64,000 nt of DNA from a virus (IMGVR_UViG_2690316121_000006); one strand, 5' to 3'; shown: positions 52,972 through 63,143, counted from the first letter of the stretch. The notes: generated by a model not told the origin, from the sequence alone. Translations and numbers: made by a program.

Positions 52972-52972
52972 G

Positions 52973-52996
52973 CAACAAATGACCGGTTGAGAAGTT
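52973..52996 (+). promoter_or_regulatory. putative late promoter element (GCAACAAATGACC...)
   Basis: Fifth site carrying the AACAAATGAC core, about 45 bp upstream of the holin-like gene. Confidence 0.3.
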
Positions 52997-53038
52997 ACTT
53001 TGCATACCATTACCTCCTGACAACGTAGGAGGGAACTT

Positions 53039-53368
53039 GTGCTTGACACACAGGAATTAGCTCCAGTTGCTATTGCGCTCCTGCTTTCAGTAATTGGTGG
53101 GATAGGCACGTTCCTGATGGATGTCCGAGACGGTCGCCAGTCTGGCAATTTGTTGGGATTGGTTACGGAGATCTTTGTTGCAGTGACAGCTGGCGCGGTG
53201 GCGTACCTATTGGGGCAACACGAGGGCTGGGAGTTATCAATTACGTACTTAATGGTAACGATAGCCAGCAATAACGGTCATGAGGTGATTTCAGGGATGA
53301 AACGAGTGAATATCGATAGCATTCTGAATGTTCTTACAAGTTTGGTGAAAAAGGGAGGCGGGAAATGA
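53039..53368 (+). CDS. holin-like membrane protein (LydA-like)
   Basis: 109 aa; two or three TM helices; first gene of the late operon that contains the DarA-like gene. Confidence 0.5.
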   Translation: MLDTQELAPVAIALLLSVIGGIGTFLMDVRDGRQSGNLLGLVTEIFVAVTAGAVAYLLGQHEGWELSITYLMVTIASNNGHEVISGMKRVNIDSILNVLTSLVKKGGGK

Positions 53369-53808
53369 TTGGCTGGGGTGTATGCGTTCTTGCGTTAGCC
53401 TTAGCCGATCGCTATTTGCTAAAACGCAAGGACATCACGCATTTAGAACTTGGTGATGTGGAAATTAAACCGGGTTTCATCCGGGTGCCGTTCAAGTACC
53501 GGTCTAAATTCCCGTTTTTGCGCGGCGCAACGGTCAGATATTGGATCCGCGATGTTCAGAAGCCGACGACAGTGATTGAAGGTGAACAACGTTGTCTGAC
53601 GTCGGCTGAACAGGGCGAAAACAGTGAATGGTTGTACATACCCACTGAATATATGGGTAAAGGAGAGCGACTGTGGCATTTCAACGTCATGGTTACGCAT
53701 GGCGACTCGTTCATTAACCCGTTGTATCGCATTTTCCCTGTTACTCAGCAAATCCGCAGAAGTTACGTAATAAATCTCGCACAGGATGTGTCAGATGACG
53801 AAAAATAA
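53365..53808 (+). CDS. hypothetical protein (antiholin candidate, LydB-like by position)
   Basis: 147-aa ORF coupled to the holin-like gene. Confidence 0.4.
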   Translation: MIGWGVCVLALALADRYLLKRKDITHLELGDVEIKPGFIRVPFKYRSKFPFLRGATVRYWIRDVQKPTTVIEGEQRCLTSAEQGENSEWLYIPTEYMGKGERLWHFNVMVTHGDSFINPLYRIFPVTQQIRRSYVINLAQDVSDDEK

Positions 53809-54397
53809 GTATGCAACGGTCGATTTTGACCAGGTTAATGAAAAGGGGCTGAAATCCCTTATCGCGGCGATCAATAAAACCGGTGTTACGGTAATTGAGG
53901 TTGACTCCAGCAACCGCGCAACAACGAAAGATGGCGTTAAAGTTAAAACCGCAAAGCTGGTTCTTAACGACGGACAAATTCTTGCCATACAGGTAAACGA
54001 TACTGGCGATATATCGTCTGTGAAGCTGAATGGAAAAGCTATTCCTAACGCTCAGTCGCCGGATATCAAGACGCTTGGTACCGTTATGGGACAGGCGGCC
54101 CGCAAAAACTCCGCAAAATTCCAGAAATCACTGATCGCCAAAGCGAAGCGTGTTGCCAATCCGGTAGACAAGAAACCGGCAGTTAAATCCAACTTTCAGC
54201 GCCTGCAAGAAGCAAAACAGCGGAATGCTCAGGTGGTTGCCGCTTATAAGTCCGCGCAGAATTCGGTGTCTTTCAATCAACAGCAGATCACTGATTTGCG
54301 GGCGAAGCTGGATAAGGAGACAGGCCGACTCAATAACGAAAAGGCCCGAAATGGCGAACTCAAACGCCGTCTTAAGCAACTGAAAGCAGGAAATTAA
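53786..54397 (+). CDS. Lys-rich coiled-coil protein (head-assembly factor candidate)
   Basis: 203 aa, K/A/Q-rich C-terminal half. Confidence 0.4.
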   Translation: MCQMTKNKYATVDFDQVNEKGLKSLIAAINKTGVTVIEVDSSNRATTKDGVKVKTAKLVLNDGQILAIQVNDTGDISSVKLNGKAIPNAQSPDIKTLGTVMGQAARKNSAKFQKSLIAKAKRVANPVDKKPAVKSNFQRLQEAKQRNAQVVAAYKSAQNSVSFNQQQITDLRAKLDKETGRLNNEKARNGELKRRLKQLKAGN

Positions 54398-54398
54398 C

Positions 54399-56318
54399 AT
54401 GGAACAGTTCAATATCAATAAAGGGGTGACGATCAAGCCTGGGCTGGACGTGCTTCCCCCGCCAGTGACTGATGATGAATATCGCGCATTAATGGCCGGT
54501 GAGGACCGCTATCTGATGACGGAATCCAACACCCTGGAGGAAATCGAGGCTACGTTCTTCTATGACACGCCGATCCACTGGTGTGCTACGGATTTACTGG
54601 AGGCGATTAGTTCTACTCGTTTGCAGTTACACCGGACCATGCAGGCATTTGTCCGGGCATTGAACCAGAAGCTGAATGGTACCGGAATCTCTGCGGGGAG
54701 TGATAAAACGGGGGATGTTGCCCAGAGCGGCGCGCGCGCGATCGGCGGCGCTGAAATTGGTCGGGCACGTAACGTTAACGGGCTGCCGGTCCTGCCAGCC
54801 ATTATTCCGCTCAGTGATGGTCAGACTATCAGCATTGTGTTTCATAGCCCGACAGCGGAAAACCGGATCACCAATAGCGATACGCTGGTTGCTTTCCAGT
54901 TCTTACTGAATAAAAAAGACGTTACTCACACCGTTGCTCCGATGAGTGGACGTGATATGACGCTGGCGCAGGTCACCATGAAACTTGCCAACCTTGCAGA
55001 GAAAAACTCGGCAAAATTCCAGCGGGCGCAGAAGAAGAAAAAAGCCCTTGTTGATGAAATAACCCAACTACAGGCTGACAGTGACCAGAAAGAGGATGCC
55101 ATGAGCGACCTCGCGGATCAGGTGGCAGCGGTAGAAGGGCAGAAGGCAGATCTGGAGCAGAAAATTAACGCTGTTGCATCGGAAGCGGATTCTCTTTATG
55201 AAGAGAATGAGCGTTTGCAGACGGAGATTGATCAGCTCAATCGCACTGGTGGGCGCGATACCATTGCTCCAGCGGGGATGACTGGTGGGCACTCTCGCGC
55301 GCTGACGGATCGCCTTGCCAGTATCAAAAATCGTATGCATATGAACGGGGAAGTGACGCTCAGTAATGGTGCATCAATGAAGCAATTCATTGAGGACGGC
55401 GAAGGGTATATCCAGTTAACCGATTCGGATGGCAGCGTGTACATGATCAAGGCTAAATCCATACAGGGTGTGGACATGGCAGATGCGATCGGCAAGCTGT
55501 TTAAAGCCTATAAAGCGGGTAATGTATCGGAATATCTGGTCCAACCAGAAGAACATAAACCGGAAAACGTCGAACCTGAACCAGCGGAGGATACCGGTAG
55601 CTCTTCGCCTGAACCAGAAGTCTCTGTAGGTGCATATCGATATGCCCTGCAAATGCGTCCGGCGGCCCCTGGCGCAATACCTGAAGGTAACAAAGCAATT
55701 CTGCCGCGCCCTGATGAAGGTGACCCGTATTATGAATATGCTCGCTACGGCATTGCTACTTACGATACCCCGCTTTCTGATCAGCAAATGAGTGAGTACG
55801 ACATGAAGTTATTGCCTCGCGAGGATTCTTTCGACTTCCTGGCGAAGACACTTACTAATGGTCCGTTTGGCAAATATGCACAAAAAGCTCTGGAGCTGGC
55901 CACCAGCTCACCAGACGAGTTCCGCGTAATGCTGAAAACTCAGTTTCAAAAAATTTTCCCCAATATTGCGTTTCCTGGTGGCGCTGGCACCGAGAAAATG
56001 GTGCAGAGCATGATCAATGCATTGCAGGCCGAAGTCGGTGAGATTACTCAGCCAGAACCGGCCCCGGCACAGCCTGATGAAACGGTTAGCGAAGCAGATG
56101 CAGAGGCTAATAAAGCCATTGAATATCTCAATAACGTGATGGATATACAAAGCACTGACATGGCGGAGATCCGTAACGCCCGGGGCAATGTCCGGGAAGC
56201 GATTGCAGCCCTTCAGGCTGCCGGACGTTTTGAGGAAAACGAAGAGCTGGTTAACGGCGCAGCTCGCCACCTGGCTGATCTGTTGGTAGCAATCCAGAAA
56301 GCGGGGGTAGCGGCATGA
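54399..56318 (+). CDS. DarA-like antirestriction/internal head protein
   Basis: 639-aa ORF, matching the size recalled for DarA and sharing an operon with holin-like genes; central coiled-coil; assignment by size and position only. Confidence 0.45.
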   Translation: MEQFNINKGVTIKPGLDVLPPPVTDDEYRALMAGEDRYLMTESNTLEEIEATFFYDTPIHWCATDLLEAISSTRLQLHRTMQAFVRALNQKLNGTGISAGSDKTGDVAQSGARAIGGAEIGRARNVNGLPVLPAIIPLSDGQTISIVFHSPTAENRITNSDTLVAFQFLLNKKDVTHTVAPMSGRDMTLAQVTMKLANLAEKNSAKFQRAQKKKKALVDEITQLQADSDQKEDAMSDLADQVAAVEGQKADLEQKINAVASEADSLYEENERLQTEIDQLNRTGGRDTIAPAGMTGGHSRALTDRLASIKNRMHMNGEVTLSNGASMKQFIEDGEGYIQLTDSDGSVYMIKAKSIQGVDMADAIGKLFKAYKAGNVSEYLVQPEEHKPENVEPEPAEDTGSSSPEPEVSVGAYRYALQMRPAAPGAIPEGNKAILPRPDEGDPYYEYARYGIATYDTPLSDQQMSEYDMKLLPREDSFDFLAKTLTNGPFGKYAQKALELATSSPDEFRVMLKTQFQKIFPNIAFPGGAGTEKMVQSMINALQAEVGEITQPEPAPAQPDETVSEADAEANKAIEYLNNVMDIQSTDMAEIRNARGNVREAIAALQAAGRFEENEELVNGAARHLADLLVAIQKAGVAA

Positions 56319-56680
56319 CACTATCAGCGATTGAGTTAATGGACCTCAGCGATAAGTTGGATGCTCTGATGTCCAAAGCGGCTACCGCGAGTGGCATGGA
56401 GTTGCTGGATATCAGCGATGAAATTGACCAGATCATGCAACAGATGGGGTACGGCGCGTCTGGCGGCGGTAGTGGCGAGGAAAAACAACCTTCGGAACAT
56501 GATGGTGTGCCAAAACTGGTTGCGGATTTCCTGGCTGATAAATTCGTCGATCAGAGCACTGATGCATTTATCGGTACGTTACAGGACTTGAGTCAATATG
56601 TTGGCACATACATCGACCTGGACCAGGTTAAACAGCACACGGCGGCATGGATAGCCGCCAACATTAAAGAGGCAGCATAA
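56315..56680 (+). CDS. small acidic protein (DdrA-like by position)
   Basis: 121-aa ORF. Confidence 0.4.
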   Translation: MTLSAIELMDLSDKLDALMSKAATASGMELLDISDEIDQIMQQMGYGASGGGSGEEKQPSEHDGVPKLVADFLADKFVDQSTDAFIGTLQDLSQYVGTYIDLDQVKQHTAAWIAANIKEAA

Positions 56681-56692
56681 GGCGTAACAGGG

Positions 56693-59680
56693 ATGAGCTT
56701 AAGCGATCAGGTGGTAATGGCCACCAGCATAGAAACGCTGATCGAGCTGCTAAAGAACCTGCCCGATTATGGGCGGGTTTCGTATGTGGTGACAGCGAAG
56801 GGAGACGAGGTAAAAACAGCGTTTGATATCGTCGATGCCTCAGTTCTTTTGGTATCCAATACTCTGGATGGGAAAATTAATCCTGACTATCCCCAGGAAC
56901 TTCAACCGCGCGACCGGACCCGCGCATCCAGCCTTCTTCAGGTTAACCAGATATCCAAAGATTTGCGGCCTGCTCAGCTTACTGATTCCGGTTTATCCAG
57001 CCATGGCGCGCCGATAATTGGTGAGGACAATGCCGTTGAGTCAGGTAATGGGCGGACCATGGGGATCATTAAAGCCTATCAGGACGGTAATGCGGATCGG
57101 TATCGGGAGTACCTGATTGAACATGCGACCGAATTCGGAATACGACCTGAAAAGGTTGAATCAATGACGGCTCCGGTACTGGTGCGCCGCCGGTTAACGA
57201 AGGTTGACCGTGTTCAGTTTGCCAAGGACTCAAATATTTCTGATCTCCAGGAAATGGCAGCCAGTGAAAAGGCTTTTGTTGATGCCGACAGCATAACACC
57301 GGCGATGATGGCGTTGTTTAACCCGTCAGAAAGCGGAGATCTGCTTAGCCGCAGTAATGACGCGTTTATTCGCGGATTCATGACGCAAGTTGGTGCCACA
57401 CAGGCTGCTGGCCTTGTAACGGAAGATGGGCGACCAACACGGCAACTTGTAGACCGTATACAAAACGCGATCTTTGCCAAGGCATATAAGGATGCGCGCC
57501 TGGTAAGGATGGTTGCAGAAGAACCTGATCCGGATATGCGTAATGTTCTGACGGCGCTTAATGCGGCAGCCAATGATTTTGTCCAGATGCAGGCTTTATC
57601 AGGAGAAGCGCACAAGCAGGCTGTGACAACTATTGTTGATGGCATTGAGACAGCGGATAGCCTCGATAAAAAGGCGCTGGCGGCATTGAAAGATGCGGTA
57701 GACCTGGTAAGGCAATCGAAGGAGTCAGGCCAGCATATTACCGATGTTATTTCTCAGGGGGATATGTTCAGCGAAACGGCCCCGGAAGTGAAAGCACTCG
57801 CGTTGTTTATCGTCGCGAATAACCGTAGCGCGAAGCGTATGGCCACCGCCTTTAAGTTGATGGCGCAACGTATCAATGATGAGTTACAGCACCAGGGCCA
57901 GGCGCTCGGGGATATGTTTGGCGGCGGCGATGTGTCGTTACAGGATATCCTTCGCCAGGTGTCTCAGGAACTGGAAAACGAAGGTATGCAAGGGATATCC
58001 AGCGGTCTTTTCGAGTCAGCTTCCGGCGGTAGTTACAACGGTGTTGCTCCATATACCAGCTTGCTATTACATCGGGCATCCGGCATCAAAGACATTATTC
58101 ATCTGATCAGGCTGCTTTCCCGTACAGATCCCCAGGATGAACAGCTTGTGCAAGTGCTTGCGCATTTTGTTCGAATGCCTGTTGCCGACGTGAATAAATG
58201 GTGCCGATTATTCGGTATCAGCAATTCGTTACTTCGCGGATTGTTAAATCACGCATCCTCCCTTGGGCGCGACGGCTTTGATGAGATAGCGCAGACGATA
58301 AAAAACGGAGATATGCCACCAGCTATTGACTGGTTTTCCATTCGCCCAACCAGGGTGAAAGCATTTCTTAGCGCGGCGCAATCAGTATCACCATTGGCAG
58401 AAATGGTTCAGAGGTTATCGCTCATATTCACAGACCATACCGCGTTGGGTGATCTGACTCTGGACGAGATGAAGGAAGCCTCCATTCAGTGGGCCGATCA
58501 ACAAAATGAGGTTAACTCAGACTTCTTGCCAGCATTCAGGAAGGCCGTTAGTAAAGCGGATGATGCCCGTGGAATTCTGAAGGCATTTAAGGCATTGCAA
58601 AGTCGTGTTAATAAACATGTCGGTGATATCGATGGGGTAACGGCGGAAGGCCGGGATATCCTTAAAGAGCACGGCATAACGCCAGAGTTTATTGATGAGA
58701 TCAGGACTGATATGCAGCGTGAGGTCGTATCGTCCCTGCAAATCGTAGCCAGAGCGTTGGCGGATGCTAATCCGAAGAGTGCGGCCATTGTTAACCGTGT
58801 TATTGGTGATATTGAAGCATCGGAGGGCATGGGGGCGCTGAAACTCTTCCTTTCGCGAGCGTTTAATCCTAACGGCAATATTCTCCCCAGCATTATTGGT
58901 GAGGCTAAAAAGCATGTCAGTGAAGAAGAACTTGAGCAGCTTAACCAGCTACTCAATCGATTTTCATATATCCCGCAGAAACGCTGGCAAATGAATCAGC
59001 GAAGTATGGATTCGGTCTACGAGAAAGTGTTATCTGCCATGAACAGTGCGATCGCCAACTCATCTGTATCAGAAGAAAAAGCTCTTGAGTGGGCCGACTC
59101 TTTTATCACGGAAGAAGTGGAAGAAGCCCGCGCTGGACAGAATGGTGGAATAGACCTGCGCAAGGAACTTGCTGATATTTATCGCCTGACCGGCGGGAAA
59201 ATATCAACCTTATCAAGGGTAATTCACCACAAGGGTAGGGCGTATGCAAATCTTAATGGTGTTGTTGCTGTCGATTTGCACGATGAAAATGCAAATGCAC
59301 TGTGGCACGAGCTGGGTCATCATCTTGAGTACAGTAACCCGGGTTTGTTAGAGAAAGCCAGGTCATTCCTGAAGGCCAATGTTGAAGGGGATAAGCCATC
59401 TTTCGTTAATATCGGTGGGCGTGGCAAGCCTGAATGGTGCTTCAGATCTCGATTGAGTGATATTTATATGGCGAAGGTATACCCGCCTGTCTCAGTGAGT
59501 AATTCTGGTAAATTTCGACACAAATCTCCGACAATTTCCAAAACGTCAGCAACGGAAGTGTTCTCTATGGCTCTTCAGTTGTATCATGACAAAGAGGCCG
59601 CTGCCGCATCACTGATGAATGGTGACGGATTGCTGGAACTGTTATTAGGTGTGGCAAAGGAGCTAAATAATGCAGATTAA
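56693..59680 (+). CDS. large protein (DdrB-like by position)
   Basis: 995-aa ORF in the same operon. Confidence 0.45.
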   Translation: MSLSDQVVMATSIETLIELLKNLPDYGRVSYVVTAKGDEVKTAFDIVDASVLLVSNTLDGKINPDYPQELQPRDRTRASSLLQVNQISKDLRPAQLTDSGLSSHGAPIIGEDNAVESGNGRTMGIIKAYQDGNADRYREYLIEHATEFGIRPEKVESMTAPVLVRRRLTKVDRVQFAKDSNISDLQEMAASEKAFVDADSITPAMMALFNPSESGDLLSRSNDAFIRGFMTQVGATQAAGLVTEDGRPTRQLVDRIQNAIFAKAYKDARLVRMVAEEPDPDMRNVLTALNAAANDFVQMQALSGEAHKQAVTTIVDGIETADSLDKKALAALKDAVDLVRQSKESGQHITDVISQGDMFSETAPEVKALALFIVANNRSAKRMATAFKLMAQRINDELQHQGQALGDMFGGGDVSLQDILRQVSQELENEGMQGISSGLFESASGGSYNGVAPYTSLLLHRASGIKDIIHLIRLLSRTDPQDEQLVQVLAHFVRMPVADVNKWCRLFGISNSLLRGLLNHASSLGRDGFDEIAQTIKNGDMPPAIDWFSIRPTRVKAFLSAAQSVSPLAEMVQRLSLIFTDHTALGDLTLDEMKEASIQWADQQNEVNSDFLPAFRKAVSKADDARGILKAFKALQSRVNKHVGDIDGVTAEGRDILKEHGITPEFIDEIRTDMQREVVSSLQIVARALADANPKSAAIVNRVIGDIEASEGMGALKLFLSRAFNPNGNILPSIIGEAKKHVSEEELEQLNQLLNRFSYIPQKRWQMNQRSMDSVYEKVLSAMNSAIANSSVSEEKALEWADSFITEEVEEARAGQNGGIDLRKELADIYRLTGGKISTLSRVIHHKGRAYANLNGVVAVDLHDENANALWHELGHHLEYSNPGLLEKARSFLKANVEGDKPSFVNIGGRGKPEWCFRSRLSDIYMAKVYPPVSVSNSGKFRHKSPTISKTSATEVFSMALQLYHDKEAAAASLMNGDGLLELLLGVAKELNNAD

Positions 59681-59981
59681 AATCGCAGCGCCATTAGGCG
59701 GAGATGCCATTATCGAATTTGATGATAATGAAGAAGTTTCCGGGCGTTTAAGCATTATCTCCGGTGACATTACCGAGGACATGATCGCTGAAGCCATAGC
59801 TGGGGCAAATCCCAATAGCTATATGGGATTCGTTAACACCCTTGATGCCCCCGCAAGTGATGTTCTCCGAACGCTGCATCTTTACGCTGGCTGGTTTGTT
59901 GATTGGCCAGCAGTAGATGGTGGCGATGAGGACGACGACGACGATGATTTTGGTGATCATGTAGACCAGATCGTATATTGA
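59670..59981 (+). CDS. small protein with poly-Asp tail
   Basis: 103 aa ending ...DGGDEDDDDDDFGDHVDQIVY. Confidence 0.4.
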   Translation: MQIKIAAPLGGDAIIEFDDNEEVSGRLSIISGDITEDMIAEAIAGANPNSYMGFVNTLDAPASDVLRTLHLYAGWFVDWPAVDGGDEDDDDDDFGDHVDQIVY

Positions 59982-59985
59982 AGAA

Positions 59986-60013
59986 ATCCCGCCAATCGGC
60001 GGGATTTTTTTTA
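59986..60013. terminator. bidirectional intrinsic terminator
   Basis: ATCCCGCC-AATC-GGCGGGAT followed by TTTTTTTT; A-rich on the other side. Confidence 0.7.
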
Positions 60014-60799
60014 ATCGCTTTCCACTTCTTCCGTGGTGTTTTCTTGCAGTTCTGTTAATGCAGCACGACATAGGTTCCGGGCATTGGCTATAGCCACACT
60101 TTTGACTTCATCCGTCATCGTGCAGGTAATGTACTGATCGAGTTCTTCAGCGCGGATGATGCTTTTGCCAATCAGAAACTGTATTTGCCAGAGCAGATCG
60201 GCATCCATAATCAGAATTTCTGCCGGGCCTTCAGGGCCAGCCGGGAAGGAAACATAAGACTGTTTGCCCAGGCCGATAACTCGACAACTTGCTTCAAGAA
60301 TTGCGCGCTTGAGGTCTGACTTTGTAACGGAAACAGGTTGGTTTTCACCAGTGATTATGCCGTTGATATGGAAGTGGAAGGGCATGTAGCTTGAAATTCG
60401 CTCTACTTTCCATACGCCAGCAAGCGATCCTTCATGCAGCACAATGGGGGTAACCGCGAGTTTCATCTCACCATATAACTGCTGGCAGATAGCTGGATTG
60501 CTGAATACATCCAAAGGTTCACACTCAAACAGCGGCGCAATCTGCATGAGGTCCATCATGGTCATACCAGGGGTACGAGCAGTAATGAATCTGCGCATGC
60601 CAGTATCCATTGTGCGCCAGATAGCTACACCATGCTTTTTGCTCACTTCTTCAGTAAAGCCAAGGTGGCACATGATGGTTTTTTCGATAGCCAGATCAGA
60701 GATCGAAACCTTTTCGCCAGGCACACCATCATTATTGATGGTCACTTCGACACTCTGACCATTACGCAGGCGGTATTGAATTGCTTTAGTATTTTCCAC
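60011..60799 (-). CDS. hypothetical protein
   Basis: 262-aa ORF. Confidence 0.45.
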   Translation of the reverse strand: MENTKAIQYRLRNGQSVEVTINNDGVPGEKVSISDLAIEKTIMCHLGFTEEVSKKHGVAIWRTMDTGMRRFITARTPGMTMMDLMQIAPLFECEPLDVFSNPAICQQLYGEMKLAVTPIVLHEGSLAGVWKVERISSYMPFHFHINGIITGENQPVSVTKSDLKRAILEASCRVIGLGKQSYVSFPAGPEGPAEILIMDADLLWQIQFLIGKSIIRAEELDQYITCTMTDEVKSVAIANARNLCRAALTELQENTTEEVESD

Positions 60800-60805
60800 G
60801 TTAAA

Positions 60806-61603
60806 TCACTCCACTACAAACCAGTCACATGCCAGTAAGTCGCCTACAGAAGGAACCCACGGAACAACTACACCTTGTGCATTTTTTAAGGCGAAATAAG
60901 CACCATACGGAACGAGGTCACTGGGGAAATATCCCTTAATGGCTTCCATTCGTGCCGGGTACTGCCCTTCAGGAACCAGCCAGCAGAATTGGTTTTCGCC
61001 GTTCCACCCGCGTCGAGCAACTTTCTTGCCATCCTTCAGCCACATCAGCGCGTCAGAAAAGTCGGCTGCTTCAAGGTCGATTTCTTCTTGTAGAGTAGCG
61101 ATACCGCCAGCAGAAATAGTTACGTCCCTGGCTGTAATGAATGTCACCCCGTTGTGACCTTCAATGCTGAGCAATGCCCCATTTTCGAAGAAGTCGTTAG
61201 TCCGACTAAAGCCTTCTTCAAATGTTTTTTCTGGTGAATAGGACAGAGATCCGTCCTCATAAGCGACCAGATATCCGCCAATTTCTGGTCGGTGTTTTTG
61301 CAAAAACATTTTATCAACATGGACTTTTACCCCTTCTGGCTCAACGACTTCGATGTTGCAAAGAAGGACCACATCCATTAGGGCGATAATTTCGATATCT
61401 TTGATTTTTGAGGCACGAACTGTTTTATGGCTTTTGTATTTTGGAAGTGCCGTCAAAAGCTCTTTCGTTGTCATATTATTCATAGTCTTTCCTCTGCTTA
61501 AAACCTGGTGTATTGCGCCTTCAGGTGGGCCAGGAATGTTTTCCCACCAGCGAAAGCAATATCTCGGGGTGTTCTTTTCGTGAAAAGCGCGTGCCATTGC
61601 CAA
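60806..61603 (-). CDS. protein with C-terminal DUF2829/Tad2-like domain
   Basis: C-terminal 85 aa ALMWLKDGKKVARRGWNGENQFCWLVPEG...PYGAYFALKNAQGVVVPWVPSVGDLLACDWFVVE matches the recalled Tad2-family pattern; about 160-aa N-terminal extension. Confidence 0.45.
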   Translation of the reverse strand: MAMARAFHEKNTPRYCFRWWENIPGPPEGAIHQVLSRGKTMNNMTTKELLTALPKYKSHKTVRASKIKDIEIIALMDVVLLCNIEVVEPEGVKVHVDKMFLQKHRPEIGGYLVAYEDGSLSYSPEKTFEEGFSRTNDFFENGALLSIEGHNGVTFITARDVTISAGGIATLQEEIDLEAADFSDALMWLKDGKKVARRGWNGENQFCWLVPEGQYPARMEAIKGYFPSDLVPYGAYFALKNAQGVVVPWVPSVGDLLACDWFVVE

Positions 61604-61680
61604 CTTTGGCGTTTTTTAGCGAGTTCGTGCTTTTGTTGGCGTCTGGACCACCGCTTTTCTTTCAATCGTTTTTTACTCAT

Positions 61681-62169
61681 TCAAAACGGAATATCGTCGT
61701 CAAAGTCCATTGGAGGTTCGTTATTGGCGTTGCTCTGAGGTTTACCGCCACCACTGTATTGCTGGTGGTTTTGAGGTTGGTTTGATTGCCCCCAGCCATT
61801 TGAGGACTGTGAATCGTCACGGCGAGCGCCGATCATTTGCATGGTGCCGCCCTGGCTGACGATAATTTCCGTCGTGTAACGTTCTACACCGGCGTCATCT
61901 GCCCACTTACGGGTTTTAAGTTTCCCTTCGATGTAGACCTGAGAACCTTTTCGTAAATACTCACTCGCAATTTCAGCAAGTTTTCCGAACAAAACGACTT
62001 TATGCCATTCTGTTTGCTCTTTCTGTTGGCCCGTTTGCTTGTCGCGCCATGATTCATTCGTTGCGATGCTGAGTCTTCCGACCGCGCCGCCATTTGGTAT
62101 ATACCTGATCTCCGGGTCTTGCCCTAGGGTACCAATCAGGATGACTTTGTTTACACCGCGTTGTGCCAC
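61681..62169 (-). CDS. ssb: single-stranded DNA-binding protein
   Basis: 162 aa; N-terminal OB fold ([16 protein letters not shown]...), Gly/Gln-rich linker, acidic tail DFDDDIPF. Confidence 0.9.
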   Translation of the reverse strand: MAQRGVNKVILIGTLGQDPEIRYIPNGGAVGRLSIATNESWRDKQTGQQKEQTEWHKVVLFGKLAEIASEYLRKGSQVYIEGKLKTRKWADDAGVERYTTEIIVSQGGTMQMIGARRDDSQSSNGWGQSNQPQNHQQYSGGGKPQSNANNEPPMDFDDDIPF

Positions 62170-62188
62170 TTATCTTACCTAATAAAAT

Positions 62189-62205
62189 AAATTAATTAGA
62201 GCAAT
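62189..62205 (-). promoter_or_regulatory. C1-type operator (16/17)
   Basis: Plus AAATTAATTAGAGCAAT, 20 bp upstream of ssb in the ssb/endolysin divergent region. Confidence 0.5.
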
Positions 62206-62226
62206 AATGTATATCTTTGAAACGTA

Positions 62227-62250
62227 GCTAACAAGTGATTTGCATTATCC
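62227..62250 (+). promoter_or_regulatory. putative late promoter element (GCTAACAAGTGATTT...CATTATC)
   Basis: AACAAGTGA core upstream of the endolysin gene. Confidence 0.3.
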
Positions 62251-62338
62251 TGTGCCTTCTAAAGGGATCGAGTCAGTCGGTATTGGCTGTGAATGGGTGT
62301 TTGTCCTGGAGCGTAAAAAATTCGCTTATGAGGTCTTT

Positions 62339-62896
62339 ATGAAGGGAAAAACAGCCGCAGGAGGCGGTGCAATTTGCGCTATCGCGGTGATGATTACCAT
62401 CGTGATGGGTAATGGCAATGTGCGAACCAACCAGGCGGGGCTTGAGCTTATCGGAAACGCTGAAGGTTGCCGACGTGATCCATACATGTGCCCGGCGGGT
62501 GTATGGACTGACGGGATTGGTAATACACACGGGGTAACGCCAGGCGTGCGAAAAACCGACCAGCAAATCGCCGCTGATTGGGAAAAGAATATCCTGATCG
62601 CTGAACGCTGTATTAATCAGCACTTCCGGGGCAAAGACATGCCCGATAATGCCTTCAGTGCAATGACAAGCGCGGCATTCAATATGGGATGCAATAGCTT
62701 ACGGACCTACTACAGCAAAGCGCGAGGCATGCGAGTAGAAACGTCCATCCACAAGTGGGCGCAGAAAGGGGAATGGGTGAATATGTGTAACCATCTCCCT
62801 GATTTCGTGAACAGTAACGGCGTCCCCCTGCCCGGGTTAAAGATTCGCCGTGAAGAAGAACGCCAGCTTTGCCTGACGGGGCTTGTCAATGAATAA
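62339..62896 (+). CDS. lyz: SAR endolysin (T4-lysozyme-fold muramidase with signal-arrest-release N-terminus)
   Basis: Start MKGKTAAGGGAICAIAVMITIVMGNG (weakly hydrophobic Gly/Ala-rich SAR helix), then the E/D(C)/T catalytic region and C-terminal IRREEERQLCL as in phage 21 R; ORF track begins 99 nt early. Confidence 0.85.
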   Translation: MKGKTAAGGGAICAIAVMITIVMGNGNVRTNQAGLELIGNAEGCRRDPYMCPAGVWTDGIGNTHGVTPGVRKTDQQIAADWEKNILIAERCINQHFRGKDMPDNAFSAMTSAAFNMGCNSLRTYYSKARGMRVETSIHKWAQKGEWVNMCNHLPDFVNSNGVPLPGLKIRREEERQLCLTGLVNE

Positions 62897-62924
62897 ACTC
62901 CGGCAGCTCCGCCGACTTTCGACA

Positions 62925-63143
62925 ATGAAGTTATCGCTGGCGGCGATAGTTTTTGACTCGATTTTCATGGCGGTATATGTGCTCAATGAGACGTGGCCAC
63001 TGGAACCACTATTGTATGCCGGGCTTCGGCTGTGCCTGACTTTTTTGAGCATGGCTGCAAGATTGATGCAGCAGAAAGAAACCGCTTCAGATTGTCCACG
63101 CCGCGCGGTGCGCAAATATATGGCACGCAGGCGAAGGCGATAA
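62925..63143 (+). CDS. small two-TM protein with Arg-rich tail (holin/pinholin candidate)
   Basis: Overlaps the endolysin stop; two hydrophobic helices then RRAVRKYMARRRRR. Confidence 0.4.
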   Translation: MKLSLAAIVFDSIFMAVYVLNETWPLEPLLYAGLRLCLTFLSMAARLMQQKETASDCPRRAVRKYMARRRRR

